From Escherichia phage CAjan: a DNA stretch of 59,670 bases. The stretch is taken from sequence record KP064094, one strand, 5' to 3'. A model generated the notes under the pieces. It saw only the letters and a list, made by a program, of their open reading frames with translations. It did not search any database and was not told the DNA's origin. The number at the start of each line of letters is the position of its first letter. Within the stretch, counting starts at the first letter, position 1. Shown here one piece after another: positions 1-10,059 of this stretch. Made by a program: the position numbers and the translations under genes.

Positions 1-558
1 ATGAACGGGGCAAGTCAAGAGCAATATGATCGTGACTGGACGAATTACATCCAGTATGCAAATAGCTTGTCCGCTGAAGAGATGGCAATACGTGACAAAG
101 TTGTTGCTGAGTACATGTTCGACTACAATTGGACTAACGCTTGCATGAGATGCGGGTTCAATGCTATGTTTGCACAGGAGCTTGGCCAACGCTTTGCCAC
201 GGACTGTTATGTTCGATGGAAGCTCAAGGAGATTGAAAGATCCCGTGTTCAACGTACTTCTGAGCAAGCTAACATTGAAGCAGACCTTGAGCGTCAGCAT
301 ATCATTGAAGCATTAAAACGTGAAGCTCATTATACAGGACCGGGATCTTCTCAAGCTGCTAGAGTCGCCGCATTGGGCAAGCTTGCACAAATTTATGATT
401 TGGATGCTCCCAAGAAGGCTAAGATTGATGTTACTAACAGAGGCGGCGTAATGATAGTCCCTGCTGTAGCAAATATTGACGAATGGGAAAAAACTGCATC
501 CGAGTCTCAACAACGACTAGTTAAAGAGACTGAAGATGGAGCTAAACCGACAACCTGA
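1..558 (+). CDS. putative terminase small subunit
   Basis: 185-aa ORF beginning with ATG at window position 1, immediately upstream of and overlapping the large terminase gene; assigned by synteny only. Confidence 0.45.
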   Translation: MNGASQEQYDRDWTNYIQYANSLSAEEMAIRDKVVAEYMFDYNWTNACMRCGFNAMFAQELGQRFATDCYVRWKLKEIERSRVQRTSEQANIEADLERQHIIEALKREAHYTGPGSSQAARVAALGKLAQIYDLDAPKKAKIDVTNRGGVMIVPAVANIDEWEKTASESQQRLVKETEDGAKPTT

Positions 559-2095
559 TAACATGCCGCGAGTAGTCTGGAAACCACATCCAGGTTCACA
601 GACACTCGCTCTATCCTGCCCCGCTGATATTATCCTATACCACGGAACTCGCGGTCCTGGAAAAACGGACTGCCAGCTTATGCGTTTCCGTAAGAACGTT
701 GGCGTAGGGTACGGTAAATTTTGGAAGGGTATTATATTCGACCGTGAATATAAAAACCTTGATGACCTTGTAACTAAATCCCAGCGTTGGTTTCCTGAAT
801 TTAAAGACGGGGCTAAATTCCTTAGCTCTAAGTCTGATTATAAATGGGTTTGGCCTACAGGTGAAGAGCTACTGTTCCGCGTTGCTTGTAAAGAAAAGGA
901 TTACTGGTCTTATCACGGTCACGAATACCCATTTATCGGATGGAACGAATTAACAAAATATCCGGACGGGCGTTTGTTTGAAGCTATGATGTCCTGTAAC
1001 CGTTCATCTTTCTTACCAGAAGATAACCCAATTATTAATCCAGATGGTACGGTCACATATTTACCGGATATCCCTCTTGAAGTGTTTGCTACCAGTAACC
1101 CGTTTGGTGCGGGGCATAACTGGGTTAAGAAACGCTTCATTGACGCTGCACCGATGGGTAAAATACTCAGGAAGACTACGAGAGTGTTTAACCCGAGGAC
1201 GCAGAAAGACGAAGATGTGGTTACGACGCAATGCCATATCTTTGGTTCGTACCGTGAAAACAAAAACCTAAGTCCAAAATATATTGCAGAACTTATGTCT
1301 ATCACAGACCCGAACAAGCGTGCTGCATGGTTGGGCGGGAGCTGGGATATTACATCCGGTGGTATGTTCGATGACCTGTGGCGTAGCACTGTTCACAAAG
1401 TACGACCATTCCCGATTCCAGCGAGTTGGAAGATTACACGTTCTTTCGACTGGGGTTCTTCAAAACCGTTTTCTATCGGTTGGTGGGCTATTAGTGATGG
1501 TTCGGATGTTGTGCGTGAAGATGGCACTACATTCTCCACGGTCCGCGGTGACCTGTTTAGGATTAACGAATGGTATGGGACCAACGGTAAAACAAACGAA
1601 GGTCTACATTTGCTGGACTCAGAAATTGCAAGCGGTATACTGGAGCGGGAATTGGCCTGGGGTATACACGATCGTGTAGTTCCTGGTCCTGCGGATAACT
1701 CCATTTGGGATCTGGAGAACAATAACTCCACCGCTGCAACAATGGCGAAGAAAATTCGTCTTAACGGGAAGTTATACAACGGTATACATTGGAAGCGCAG
1801 TGATAAGTCTGCTGGGTCACGTAAACGAGGCTGGCAGAAAATGCGTGAGTTCCTTAAAGCTGCACTGCGGGAAGATGCGAACGGTAAACCTTTGCCCGGT
1901 CCGCGCGAGAATCCGGCAATGTACATTTTTGATAACTGCAACTATTTCTTTGAGCTGGTTCCAAGTCTACCTCGCGATGAAGTGGACCAGGACGACGTTG
2001 ATACGGAATGTGAAGACCATATGGGTGATGAAGTTCGTTATATGGTTCTGGATCAAGCTGTTTATACAGGTGTTGGCAAAACTATCGGTATTTAA
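536..2095 (+). CDS. terL: terminase large subunit
   Basis: 519 aa; N-terminal P-loop-like segment GTRGPGKTD and acidic C-terminal nuclease-like region; sits before the portal gene. Alternative ATG at 563. Confidence 0.8.
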   Translation: MELNRQPDNMPRVVWKPHPGSQTLALSCPADIILYHGTRGPGKTDCQLMRFRKNVGVGYGKFWKGIIFDREYKNLDDLVTKSQRWFPEFKDGAKFLSSKSDYKWVWPTGEELLFRVACKEKDYWSYHGHEYPFIGWNELTKYPDGRLFEAMMSCNRSSFLPEDNPIINPDGTVTYLPDIPLEVFATSNPFGAGHNWVKKRFIDAAPMGKILRKTTRVFNPRTQKDEDVVTTQCHIFGSYRENKNLSPKYIAELMSITDPNKRAAWLGGSWDITSGGMFDDLWRSTVHKVRPFPIPASWKITRSFDWGSSKPFSIGWWAISDGSDVVREDGTTFSTVRGDLFRINEWYGTNGKTNEGLHLLDSEIASGILERELAWGIHDRVVPGPADNSIWDLENNNSTAATMAKKIRLNGKLYNGIHWKRSDKSAGSRKRGWQKMREFLKAALREDANGKPLPGPRENPAMYIFDNCNYFFELVPSLPRDEVDQDDVDTECEDHMGDEVRYMVLDQAVYTGVGKTIGI

Positions 2096-2106
2096 CTGGA
2101 GGGTAT

Positions 2107-3603
2107 ATGGGTATTGATGCAACTCACCCGCTATATGATAAGTGGAAGGATGCATGGGTCAAGTGCAACGACTGCTATGAGGGTGAAGATAAAATTAAGG
2201 AAGAAGGTGTTAAATATCTACCGCCTTTAGCTTCCATGATTATTGATGGGATGAATAATCCTAATGATTTGGGCTTTCAACGTTGGCTCGCTTATCGTCT
2301 GCGTGCTAACTTCCCTGACGATTATTCAAGTGCGGTTACAAACAATTTAGGTCTGCTACACCAGAAGCCTCCTACAATTCAGCTTCCCCCTGAAATGGAA
2401 TACATGCGGGAGCTGTGTACTGCGGACGGTGAAGATATTATTGCTCTGCTACGTCGCATCAACGAAATGCAGTTAAAAAATGGACGTTTGGGGCTGCTGC
2501 TGGACTTGCCGAAAGGTGAGGATGTAAATAACAGACCTTATATTAGCGTTTATGATGCTTTATCCATTATCAACTGGGATGATGGTAAAGATGAATTGGG
2601 TAATATCAACTTGAACATGGTTGTTCTGGATGAAAGCGGCCCTGTACGTGTCAATCAGTTTGACTGGAAAGAAGAGAAGCGTTATCGCGTTCTACAATTA
2701 GGTCCAATGGACACAGATGAAGTTGCAGGTGGGGCGGTCTACTCCCAACATCTGTTTATTAACAATACCAATTATGATGAAGGGCAAATGATTGCTCCTT
2801 ATTATAAAGGTAATACGCTGGATGAAATACCTTTCCAGTTTGTCAATACAACAGATATTACCCCAGCACCGGAAGCGCCTCCATTGTTGGGTCTTGCTAA
2901 CATTTGTCTAAGCATGTACCGAAGTGACGCGGATTACCGCCAATGCTTGCATATGCAGGGTCAGGATACTTTAGTTGTTGTTGGTGGTTCCATGGAAAAT
3001 GGAGATAAATCCCCTCAACGCATCGGACCTGGCGCTGTCATTAACGTTGCTATTGGTGGTGACGCTAAATATGTAGGTCTTAGCGGTGACGGTTTGTCCG
3101 AGCAACGTCTCGCACTGGCAGCGGATAAGCAAGAAGCCCAAATTAAAGCCGGGCAAATGGTAAACAACACCAAGAGCACGCAGGAATCAGGCGAAGCTAT
3201 GAAAACGCGTATTGCTGCGCGTACAGCTAGTTTGATTCGAATTGCGTATACTGGTGCGGCTGGTTTGGAGAACTTGCTGAAGGTTTGCGCTAAGTGGATG
3301 GGTGCGGATCCCGAGAAGGTTGTGGTTAAGCCTAATCTTGAATTTACCAAGAGCATGTTTAACGGTCAGGACTTTGTTCAAATTATTACTGCACGCAACC
3401 TTAAGGCTCCGATTAGCTTGCAGTCTATTCATGGCTGGCTTGTTGATCAGGGCTTAACCACACTAAGCTTTGAAGAAGAAATGGCAATTCTTGAAGAAGA
3501 GCTTAAGAAGTGGCCACTGCCAGATGATGCTAAAGCTGATTTAAACGCAGAGCAGCAAGTAAGCAAAGATCCTAAGGAAGACAACGCTTCCGATAAAGAA
3601 TAG
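2107..3603 (+). CDS. portal protein
   Basis: 498 aa, strong SD (GGAGGG), directly downstream of terminase; size, acidic C-terminus and position typical of portal. Confidence 0.7.
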   Translation: MGIDATHPLYDKWKDAWVKCNDCYEGEDKIKEEGVKYLPPLASMIIDGMNNPNDLGFQRWLAYRLRANFPDDYSSAVTNNLGLLHQKPPTIQLPPEMEYMRELCTADGEDIIALLRRINEMQLKNGRLGLLLDLPKGEDVNNRPYISVYDALSIINWDDGKDELGNINLNMVVLDESGPVRVNQFDWKEEKRYRVLQLGPMDTDEVAGGAVYSQHLFINNTNYDEGQMIAPYYKGNTLDEIPFQFVNTTDITPAPEAPPLLGLANICLSMYRSDADYRQCLHMQGQDTLVVVGGSMENGDKSPQRIGPGAVINVAIGGDAKYVGLSGDGLSEQRLALAADKQEAQIKAGQMVNNTKSTQESGEAMKTRIAARTASLIRIAYTGAAGLENLLKVCAKWMGADPEKVVVKPNLEFTKSMFNGQDFVQIITARNLKAPISLQSIHGWLVDQGLTTLSFEEEMAILEEELKKWPLPDDAKADLNAEQQVSKDPKEDNASDKE

Positions 3604-3698
3604 TTGCAACTTCCAAGTTGATCGGTTTATATTAACGAACACGGGGCTGGGACGGCTCAGCTCCAAAAACGTCACACGGGTGACAACGGAGATAAGAA

Positions 3699-4571
3699 AT
3701 GAAAAAGAGTTCTGTAGCTATTAGTGTTGGTATGGCTTTAATTAATCCACGCGCTCGCGGTGAAGGTGATGTGGAACTGGAATACGAATATGCATCTGCG
3801 GAAGAGATCCCGGCAGAGTTTGCAACTCTTTACGCAGAGCAGGGCGGTAAATACGTTCTTGCAAAAGTTAAAGGTGTAGCCCCTGCTGATAGCGTTCGTC
3901 GTCTGGAAAGTGCGTTAGCTAAAGAACGTAACGACCATCGTCAGGTGAAGCAACAGATTAGCGCACTTGGGCGTCCGGTTGAAGAAGTCCTTGCGGACCT
4001 TGATCGTATCCCTCAACTGGAAGCTGCCGCTAACGGTAAAGGTACTCCGGAAGACATCGAAAAGATGGTTAAAGCCCGTCTTGCTCCGCTTGAGCGTCAA
4101 TTGCAAACTGTAGCAGCTGAACGCGATTCCGTTAAGCAGGAAATTGAAGGCTACCGCACTCGCGAAACTAAAGCGAAGATTAAAGACGCAGTTATTGCTG
4201 CTGCATCCGGTGCTAAGCTGCGTCCGTCTGCTATCGAAGATGCGGTGACTTATGCACAGTTGCAAATGACAGTCGACGAGAACGGCAATGTGGTTACGAA
4301 AGATGGGGCTGGTGTAACTCCATACCTAACCCCGGCGGATTGGCTTAACGAGATCCTCCCGAAACGTCCTCACTGGGTTGAAGGTTCTGCTGGTGGCGGT
4401 GCATCTGGTCCGGGTGCTGGCGGCCATCACGGTGAAGACCCATACAGTCACGACGGTTGGAACATCTCTAAGCAGATGAATCTCTGGAAAACTAATCAAT
4501 CTTTAGCTAAACGCTTAGCTGAAAAGAATGGCGTAGATCCGCTGAAGCCTGTACGTCCTGCTAAGAAATAA
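3699..4571 (+). CDS. putative scaffolding protein
   Basis: 290 aa, charged and coiled-coil-like (many E/K/R/A/Q) with Gly-rich segment; lies between portal and major capsid genes. Confidence 0.5.
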   Translation: MKKSSVAISVGMALINPRARGEGDVELEYEYASAEEIPAEFATLYAEQGGKYVLAKVKGVAPADSVRRLESALAKERNDHRQVKQQISALGRPVEEVLADLDRIPQLEAAANGKGTPEDIEKMVKARLAPLERQLQTVAAERDSVKQEIEGYRTRETKAKIKDAVIAAASGAKLRPSAIEDAVTYAQLQMTVDENGNVVTKDGAGVTPYLTPADWLNEILPKRPHWVEGSAGGGASGPGAGGHHGEDPYSHDGWNISKQMNLWKTNQSLAKRLAEKNGVDPLKPVRPAKK

Positions 4572-4572
4572 G

Positions 4573-4618
4573 TTGACATCCCGACGTCCCTGATGTTAAG
4601 TTTCAACACATCAGGGAC
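4573..4618 (+). promoter_or_regulatory. consensus -35 box plus perfect 11-bp inverted repeat upstream of major capsid gene
   Basis: TTGACA at 4573-4578; GTCCCTGATGT (4586-4596) and ACATCAGGGAC (4608-4618) form a perfect inverted repeat. Confidence 0.3.
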
Positions 4619-4693
4619 ACGGGTTCCTAAACAGCCTTCCACGGGGAAAGGCTACCAACAGTAAACAAATCAATCCTTTTCCTGGAGACAAGT

Positions 4694-5755
4694 ATGTCTA
4701 AATCTAAAATTATTCTACCATTTGGTCGTGGTGAAACTGACCTGACTCGTTTGAAGGATGTCATTGTCCCTGAGATCTTCACTGGTTATGTGCAGACGCA
4801 GACCGCTGAACTTTCTGCTCTGATTCAATCCGGTGCGGTTGTAATGGACGAGCGTTTATCTGCTAACCTTGCTGGTGCAGGTCTGACTTTTAACGAGCCG
4901 TTCTATAACGACCTGAAAGATGAAGACGAAGATATCGCTGTTGATAAAGGCGATCCGTCCAAACCGTCTAACATCACTACCGGATCTGAAGTTCAGGTTC
5001 GTATGAGTCGTTCAAAATCCTGGGGTTCTGCGGATCTGGTATCAGCTTTGATTGGTAACGACCCAATGACCGCTATCGGTAACCGCGTGTCTGCGTGGTG
5101 GGTCCGCCGTCTGCAAGCTGCATACATCGCAACCTGGAAAGGTGTATTTGCTAATGCGAAGAAATCTCATAACGACGATTTGACTTTCGACATCTCTGGT
5201 TCTTCTTTTGTAAATAACCAGACCAACTTTACCGCGTCTAACTTCATCAACGCAACTGCAACGATGGGTGATGCTGCCCGCGGTCTGACTATGATTATGG
5301 TACACTCTACCGTTCGTAACCGTATGCGTCAGTTGAACCTGATCGACTTCATTCCAGATGCTCGCGGTGAAACTCAGTTTGAGTATTATCAGGGTCTGCG
5401 TATTATTGAAGACGACTCCATGCCACACGATCCGTCTACTGGTGTGTTTGAAAGCTGGCTGTTCGGCCCGGGCGCAACTGCAATGGGTGCTGGATCACCG
5501 AAAGTTCCGACCGCTGTGGTGCGTGACGAAGCCGCTAACCAAGGCGCTGGTGAAGAAGTTCTTCACAACCGTGTTGAATGGATTCTGCATCCGGTTGGCC
5601 ATGCTTGGGCTGCTGCTCAAACTGCTAAAGGTGGTCCGTCTAACGCTGCTACCACTAACAACCTGGCCCATGAAGATTCCTGGCGTCGTGCGTTCCCTGA
5701 GCGCAAGCAGCTTAAAGTTGCACGCCTGATCACTCGTGAGTATCAGGGTTCCTAA
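4694..5755 (+). CDS. major capsid protein
   Basis: 353 aa, strong SD, preceded by promoter-like element and followed by an intrinsic terminator; canonical position after scaffold. Confidence 0.75.
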   Translation: MSKSKIILPFGRGETDLTRLKDVIVPEIFTGYVQTQTAELSALIQSGAVVMDERLSANLAGAGLTFNEPFYNDLKDEDEDIAVDKGDPSKPSNITTGSEVQVRMSRSKSWGSADLVSALIGNDPMTAIGNRVSAWWVRRLQAAYIATWKGVFANAKKSHNDDLTFDISGSSFVNNQTNFTASNFINATATMGDAARGLTMIMVHSTVRNRMRQLNLIDFIPDARGETQFEYYQGLRIIEDDSMPHDPSTGVFESWLFGPGATAMGAGSPKVPTAVVRDEAANQGAGEEVLHNRVEWILHPVGHAWAAAQTAKGGPSNAATTNNLAHEDSWRRAFPERKQLKVARLITREYQGS

Positions 5756-5786
5756 GGCTTCACTCAACGCCGCGCTGTAGTATTTT

Positions 5787-5813
5787 GGGGACATCTTATG
5801 TCCCCTCTTTTTT
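5787..5813 (+). terminator. intrinsic terminator after major capsid gene
   Basis: GGGGACA-TCTTA-TGTCCCC hairpin followed by TCTTTTTT. Confidence 0.6.
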
Positions 5814-5825
5814 AGGAGAACAACC

Positions 5826-6149
5826 ATGCGTTATCAACGTTATGAGCGACATGACTTGATGGAAAAATCGTTGCAGGTGGAGCCAATTTCGATTACTCTC
5901 GATCCTGCTAAGATTGACACCACAACTTCAGAAGTAAAAACGGTTACTGTTAAAATAAACTTTGTCCCAGGCGGAACTACAAACAAAGCGTATAGCGCGT
6001 CAGTTGACGGTTCCTCTGCTACAATTAAAGACAACGGGGACGGTACAATTACCGTGACCACAACCGCAAGCAGTGGTACTTCAAACTTGACAGTAACGTC
6101 CAAGGCAAAGGATAGTGTTACTGGTACATGTGTTATTAATGTGACCTAA
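5826..6149 (+). CDS. Ig-like (Big_2-type) domain protein, probable head decoration
   Basis: 107 aa rich in T/S/V/G beta-strand pattern (TVTVKINF...TITVTTTASSGTSNLTVTSKAKDSVTGTCVINVT) typical of bacterial Ig-like domains; directly after capsid gene. Confidence 0.5.
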   Translation: MRYQRYERHDLMEKSLQVEPISITLDPAKIDTTTSEVKTVTVKINFVPGGTTNKAYSASVDGSSATIKDNGDGTITVTTTASSGTSNLTVTSKAKDSVTGTCVINVT

Positions 6150-6165
6150 AAATAAGGATTAAACA

Positions 6166-6819
6166 ATGAAGACATTAATTGAAGCATTGTTAGAACTTGA
6201 TCCGGATAACCCGAATCATTGGACTAGCGACGGTCTACCTAAAGTGGATGCTTTGCGTTTCGCTACCGCTAACCCGTCTTTAACCCGCGACGATATTACA
6301 ACTGCTGCCCCTCTATTCACCCGCGACAACCGCGTGCTGGAAGAGCCTGAGCCTGTGGAACCCGTTAAATCTGCTGATCCAGTTTTACATGAAGCAGTTA
6401 AACAGGAGAAAGCTCATGAAGAACAAAAGAAAGTCGCGGTTGCAACGATGCAAATCGAAGTTAAGATTAGCGAAGCACTGCGTGCTATTCTGGAGCCGGA
6501 AAAAATCGGTGACGCTTCCAGCTTAACCGATGAAGAACTGAAAGCGAAGCGCGAAAAGCTTAGCAATGTGGTTAAAGAGATTGCCCACACTAAGCACGCG
6601 TTGGAGCTCGCTATCGCAGACGTTCAAGCGGATCTGGATAAGATTATCGTTGAGCAGGAGCGTCGTCGTCCTAAGTCCGGTCTTACTGCAACTCAGATGT
6701 ACCTTGAAGCGCAGAAAAAACGTAAACCTGAAGACATGCTTTCTGACCATCGCTTCCAGAACCCTATTGACGATCCGGTCGCCCGTATGGTTGCACGTAA
6801 TATGATGCGTCGAGGTTAA
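6166..6819 (+). CDS. hypothetical head-associated protein
   Basis: 217 aa acidic, helical protein in head module; no recognised motif. Confidence 0.4.
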   Translation: MKTLIEALLELDPDNPNHWTSDGLPKVDALRFATANPSLTRDDITTAAPLFTRDNRVLEEPEPVEPVKSADPVLHEAVKQEKAHEEQKKVAVATMQIEVKISEALRAILEPEKIGDASSLTDEELKAKREKLSNVVKEIAHTKHALELAIADVQADLDKIIVEQERRRPKSGLTATQMYLEAQKKRKPEDMLSDHRFQNPIDDPVARMVARNMMRRG

Positions 6820-6873
6820 CCATGGAAATGAGCCATAGACAATATGTGTTGTGGCTCCTCCGACGTAATAGAA

Positions 6874-6903
6874 AACGGCGTCAAGAAGACGCCGTTTCTG
6901 TTC
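6874..6903 (+). terminator. intrinsic terminator-like hairpin
   Basis: AACGGCGTC-AAGAA-GACGCCGTT perfect 9-bp stem followed by T-rich TCTGTTCC. Confidence 0.45.
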
Positions 6904-6957
6904 CTGAAGAAGAGCTCCCACCGCTTATCCCTACAACCATCGCAATGAGGAAGAAAG

Positions 6958-7464
6958 ATGGAGATTCCACTGATAGTTGAAGATGGTACTGGTGTACCGG
7001 ACGCCAACAGTTATGTCACCATTGAACAAGTCCGCATGTATGCAGCAATGCGAGGTATTGTACTTCCAAGTGAAGACGAAGATCTAAAGACAAAGATCTT
7101 TGACGCTATGGATTTTGTGGAAGGGTACAGCCAACGCTTTAAAGGTTATAAAATTAACCCACAGCAACCGCTAAATTGGCCACGCTACGGGGTGTTTGTG
7201 GACGGGTTCGAGCTACCCCAAAGCCCCTTACCAAAGGCGCTTATAAACGCTGTTTGCCAGCTTACAGCGGACTCAGCTACTGGCGGTCCTCTTAATGGGA
7301 AAACTACTGCATATGCAGTCAAAAGAACTAAAGTAGAAGGTCTTGAGATTGAATATGCAACTGGTAGCACAGCACAGTCAGGTCCAGCAAAAACATATGA
7401 TAAAGCTATGACGTTTTTATCACCTTTGCTGGGTTATCAAATGGGTAATAGATTGATACGGTGA
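6958..7464 (+). CDS. putative head-tail connector/adaptor
   Basis: 168 aa; position after head genes and N-terminal segment resembling gp6-like connector proteins. Confidence 0.45.
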   Translation: MEIPLIVEDGTGVPDANSYVTIEQVRMYAAMRGIVLPSEDEDLKTKIFDAMDFVEGYSQRFKGYKINPQQPLNWPRYGVFVDGFELPQSPLPKALINAVCQLTADSATGGPLNGKTTAYAVKRTKVEGLEIEYATGSTAQSGPAKTYDKAMTFLSPLLGYQMGNRLIR

Positions 7465-7467
7465 TTT

Positions 7468-7848
7468 ATGAGCTTTCCTTACGAGCAGCTAGTTGAAGCT
7501 GCAAAGCAAATGATCAACGATGCTGGTGTTAACTGTACCCTTGTTGTTATGGAGCAAGGGGAAGGTCAAGATGAATGGGACGATCCGAGCGTTGAAAAAC
7601 GATACCCATTCATTGGAGCTTTCCTTTCACCGAAGGAAAAGATGATTGGCGGCAGTCTTGTTTCTGCTGGTGAACTGAAAGTGTTGACTTACCCAATGAC
7701 ACCTCCATTGACTCGCGATAAAGCAATGACTGCACGCATTGAGCGTGTGTCACCGGATGGGGAACTGGAAGTGTGGACAATAAATGAGTTTGTTGATACA
7801 CGACCAGCTAACGTTTCTGTTCTTTACACTTTTAAGGTGACGCGATAA
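7468..7848 (+). CDS. hypothetical head-tail joining protein
   Basis: 126 aa, ends in a TAATG stop/start overlap with the next gene within the late operon. Confidence 0.4.
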   Translation: MSFPYEQLVEAAKQMINDAGVNCTLVVMEQGEGQDEWDDPSVEKRYPFIGAFLSPKEKMIGGSLVSAGELKVLTYPMTPPLTRDKAMTARIERVSPDGELEVWTINEFVDTRPANVSVLYTFKVTR

Positions 7849-8255
7849 TGGGATTCGGGGCGGATATTCGACGTGCAAGTCAGAAGGTACTTGTTCAGAC
7901 AAGCGAACAGGCCAAAAAAGTCGTTGTCAAGTTCACAGAGAACGTGATACAGGATACTCCTGTTAAGACCGGACGCACAAAAGGTGGCTGGCGGTCATCC
8001 ATTGGTGCGCCGTATGCAACGGAAACTATCCGCCTCGATCCTACTGGAGAGATGGCTAAAGCTGAAGCCCGAGTTGTTGCACGCCAACTACCTAATGATA
8101 AAGACTGGACTTTCTATTTTAGCAACCTGACACCATATGCTGGCAAACTGGAGTTCTTAGGTTGGTCACAGCAAGCCCCGAACGGTATGGTTCGTATTAA
8201 CGTAGCGAAGCTTCCAATGTTGATACGTCAAGCTATAGCAGAAGGAAAACTATAA
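7848..8255 (+). CDS. HK97 gp10-like neck/tail component
   Basis: 135 aa containing DTPVKTGRTKGGW, resembling the DTPxDTG signature of the HK97 gp10 family. Confidence 0.5.
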   Translation: MGFGADIRRASQKVLVQTSEQAKKVVVKFTENVIQDTPVKTGRTKGGWRSSIGAPYATETIRLDPTGEMAKAEARVVARQLPNDKDWTFYFSNLTPYAGKLEFLGWSQQAPNGMVRINVAKLPMLIRQAIAEGKL

Positions 8256-8704
8256 TGCTTGGATACGATTTCATTAATGATGCATTTAATAAGATGCTAC
8301 GCGAAGCAGTTGGACCGGATATTGGTATAGCGTGGAAGAATAAGAAGTTCACACCTAAAGCCAACCAGATGTGGTTAAAGGCAATCAATGCTCCCGCTTC
8401 CACTTACGCTGCAACGCTAGGTGATAACGGTCTGAATGAAATTCCAGGCTTCTACCAAATCACAGTATATAGCCCTTTAAACACTGGAACGTCTAAGCAG
8501 AATCAAATCTTGGATTCTATTCGGAAAAAGTTTAAACTGGGCTTGCGTATCCCGTGCCCGGATGACCACACGTTACGGATTGTCAGTTTAGACTTTTCGC
8601 AAGGTGGACAAACTTCGCTGAACGATTTTACCAAAGGCGGGGTTGAAGATAACTGGGACGTTAACTTTATCACAATCTATTGGTCGGCTCGTGAGCCGAG
8701 GTAA
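8255..8704 (+). CDS. putative tail terminator/completion protein
   Basis: 149 aa, immediately upstream of the major tail protein gene; synteny only. Confidence 0.4.
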   Translation: MLGYDFINDAFNKMLREAVGPDIGIAWKNKKFTPKANQMWLKAINAPASTYAATLGDNGLNEIPGFYQITVYSPLNTGTSKQNQILDSIRKKFKLGLRIPCPDDHTLRIVSLDFSQGGQTSLNDFTKGGVEDNWDVNFITIYWSAREPR

Positions 8705-8718
8705 GAGAGGATCTAAAT

Positions 8719-9642
8719 ATGGCTACAGGTTCACGTTATTCGTGTTACTACGTCAAAGAAGATGTAAGCAACACTACGCCAGCGAGTGCGAAGTTTACTC
8801 CGTTCCGTGTGACCAGCTCCGGTCTGGACATTAATATTGCAACGCTGGAATCTGAAGAACTGCGCGATGACGCTGAAACTGCGGACTTCCGCCTCGGTGC
8901 TCGCAGTGTTGAAGGTACAGTAACGGGCGAAATGTCCTTCGGCACCTTCGATGATCTTATTGCTGCTGCACTTCGTGGGGAGTGGCAAGACAACGTCCTT
9001 AAAGGCGGTATTATCCGTCAGTCATTTACTTTCGTAGACTATAACGCAGATCTACCGTCAGGTAAATATACAATTTATCGCGGTTGCGAAGTTAATAGCA
9101 TGACTTTCTCATTGTCTGCGGAAAACATGACCACAGTGGAATTCGGTATTGTTGGTCGCTCAATGGAAATTGCGGAATCGCTCCCATCTGGTGCAACTAT
9201 CAAAGAGCGTACGACTACTTCACCGATGGATGGTTTCTCCGGTCGCTTGCTGGAAAACGACGAAGAAATCAGCGTTATTACTGAAATCGGTCTTACCGTT
9301 GAAAACGATATTGCACCGCGCTTTGTTGTTGGTTCTAAGTTCTCCATTGAACCGTCCGCTGGTCGTCGTGCGGTAACTGGTACAGCTAACGTGTACTTCC
9401 TGGATAACAAGCTGCGTATGAAGTATCTGGATGAAGTGGAAACTTCAATCAAGTTTGATCTGATTGACCCAAGCAATCCGGAACAAAAATACACTGTGGA
9501 AATTCCTCGCGTGAAATTCACTGAAGCTCCACGTCCTATTGACGGCGAAGGGGATATCATGCTTAATATGGGCTACCGCGGATTGCTGGACCCAACAACC
9601 GCAAGTTCCATCAAAATTACCCGCGTTCTAGCGGCAGCCTAA
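8719..9642 (+). CDS. major tail (tube) protein
   Basis: 307 aa, strong SD (AGAGAGGA), position before chaperone and tape measure genes. Confidence 0.6.
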   Translation: MATGSRYSCYYVKEDVSNTTPASAKFTPFRVTSSGLDINIATLESEELRDDAETADFRLGARSVEGTVTGEMSFGTFDDLIAAALRGEWQDNVLKGGIIRQSFTFVDYNADLPSGKYTIYRGCEVNSMTFSLSAENMTTVEFGIVGRSMEIAESLPSGATIKERTTTSPMDGFSGRLLENDEEISVITEIGLTVENDIAPRFVVGSKFSIEPSAGRRAVTGTANVYFLDNKLRMKYLDEVETSIKFDLIDPSNPEQKYTVEIPRVKFTEAPRPIDGEGDIMLNMGYRGLLDPTTASSIKITRVLAAA

Positions 9643-9651
9643 GGATAAGAA

Positions 9652-10059
9652 ATGACCGACACCAAAAAAGCCAAAGTTGCAGTAGCTAAAAGCTTCCGTG
9701 ATTTTAAAACTGTGAGCCGGGCCAACGACCCGGCAAACACTAAGCCTATGAATGTGGTTATTCCTGGTGTAGGCGACACTGGCGAAAAACTCTACATTCG
9801 TAGCCGCTACTGCACAGAGTACCGTGATGCTGAACTGAAAGCACAGCGTCAACTGTTGGCGCTTATGCAGGGTAAAGACGGTGAAGTAACGGATGCTATG
9901 AAGGAAGATATCCTTACCCGTTCACTGTGTAACCTTGTAGCAGGTTGGACTTTTGACGAGCCACCGACTGTTGACAACGTGTTTGAGTTCTTAACGGAGA
10001 ACCCAACTGTCCGAGAAGATCTTAACGTATTTGCCGCTAAAGATAGTAATTTTTTCTAA
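9652..10059 (+). CDS. tail assembly chaperone (G-like)
   Basis: 135 aa acidic protein directly upstream of tape measure; ends at a T_TTT_TTC slippery heptamer. Confidence 0.55.
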   Translation: MTDTKKAKVAVAKSFRDFKTVSRANDPANTKPMNVVIPGVGDTGEKLYIRSRYCTEYRDAELKAQRQLLALMQGKDGEVTDAMKEDILTRSLCNLVAGWTFDEPPTVDNVFEFLTENPTVREDLNVFAAKDSNFF

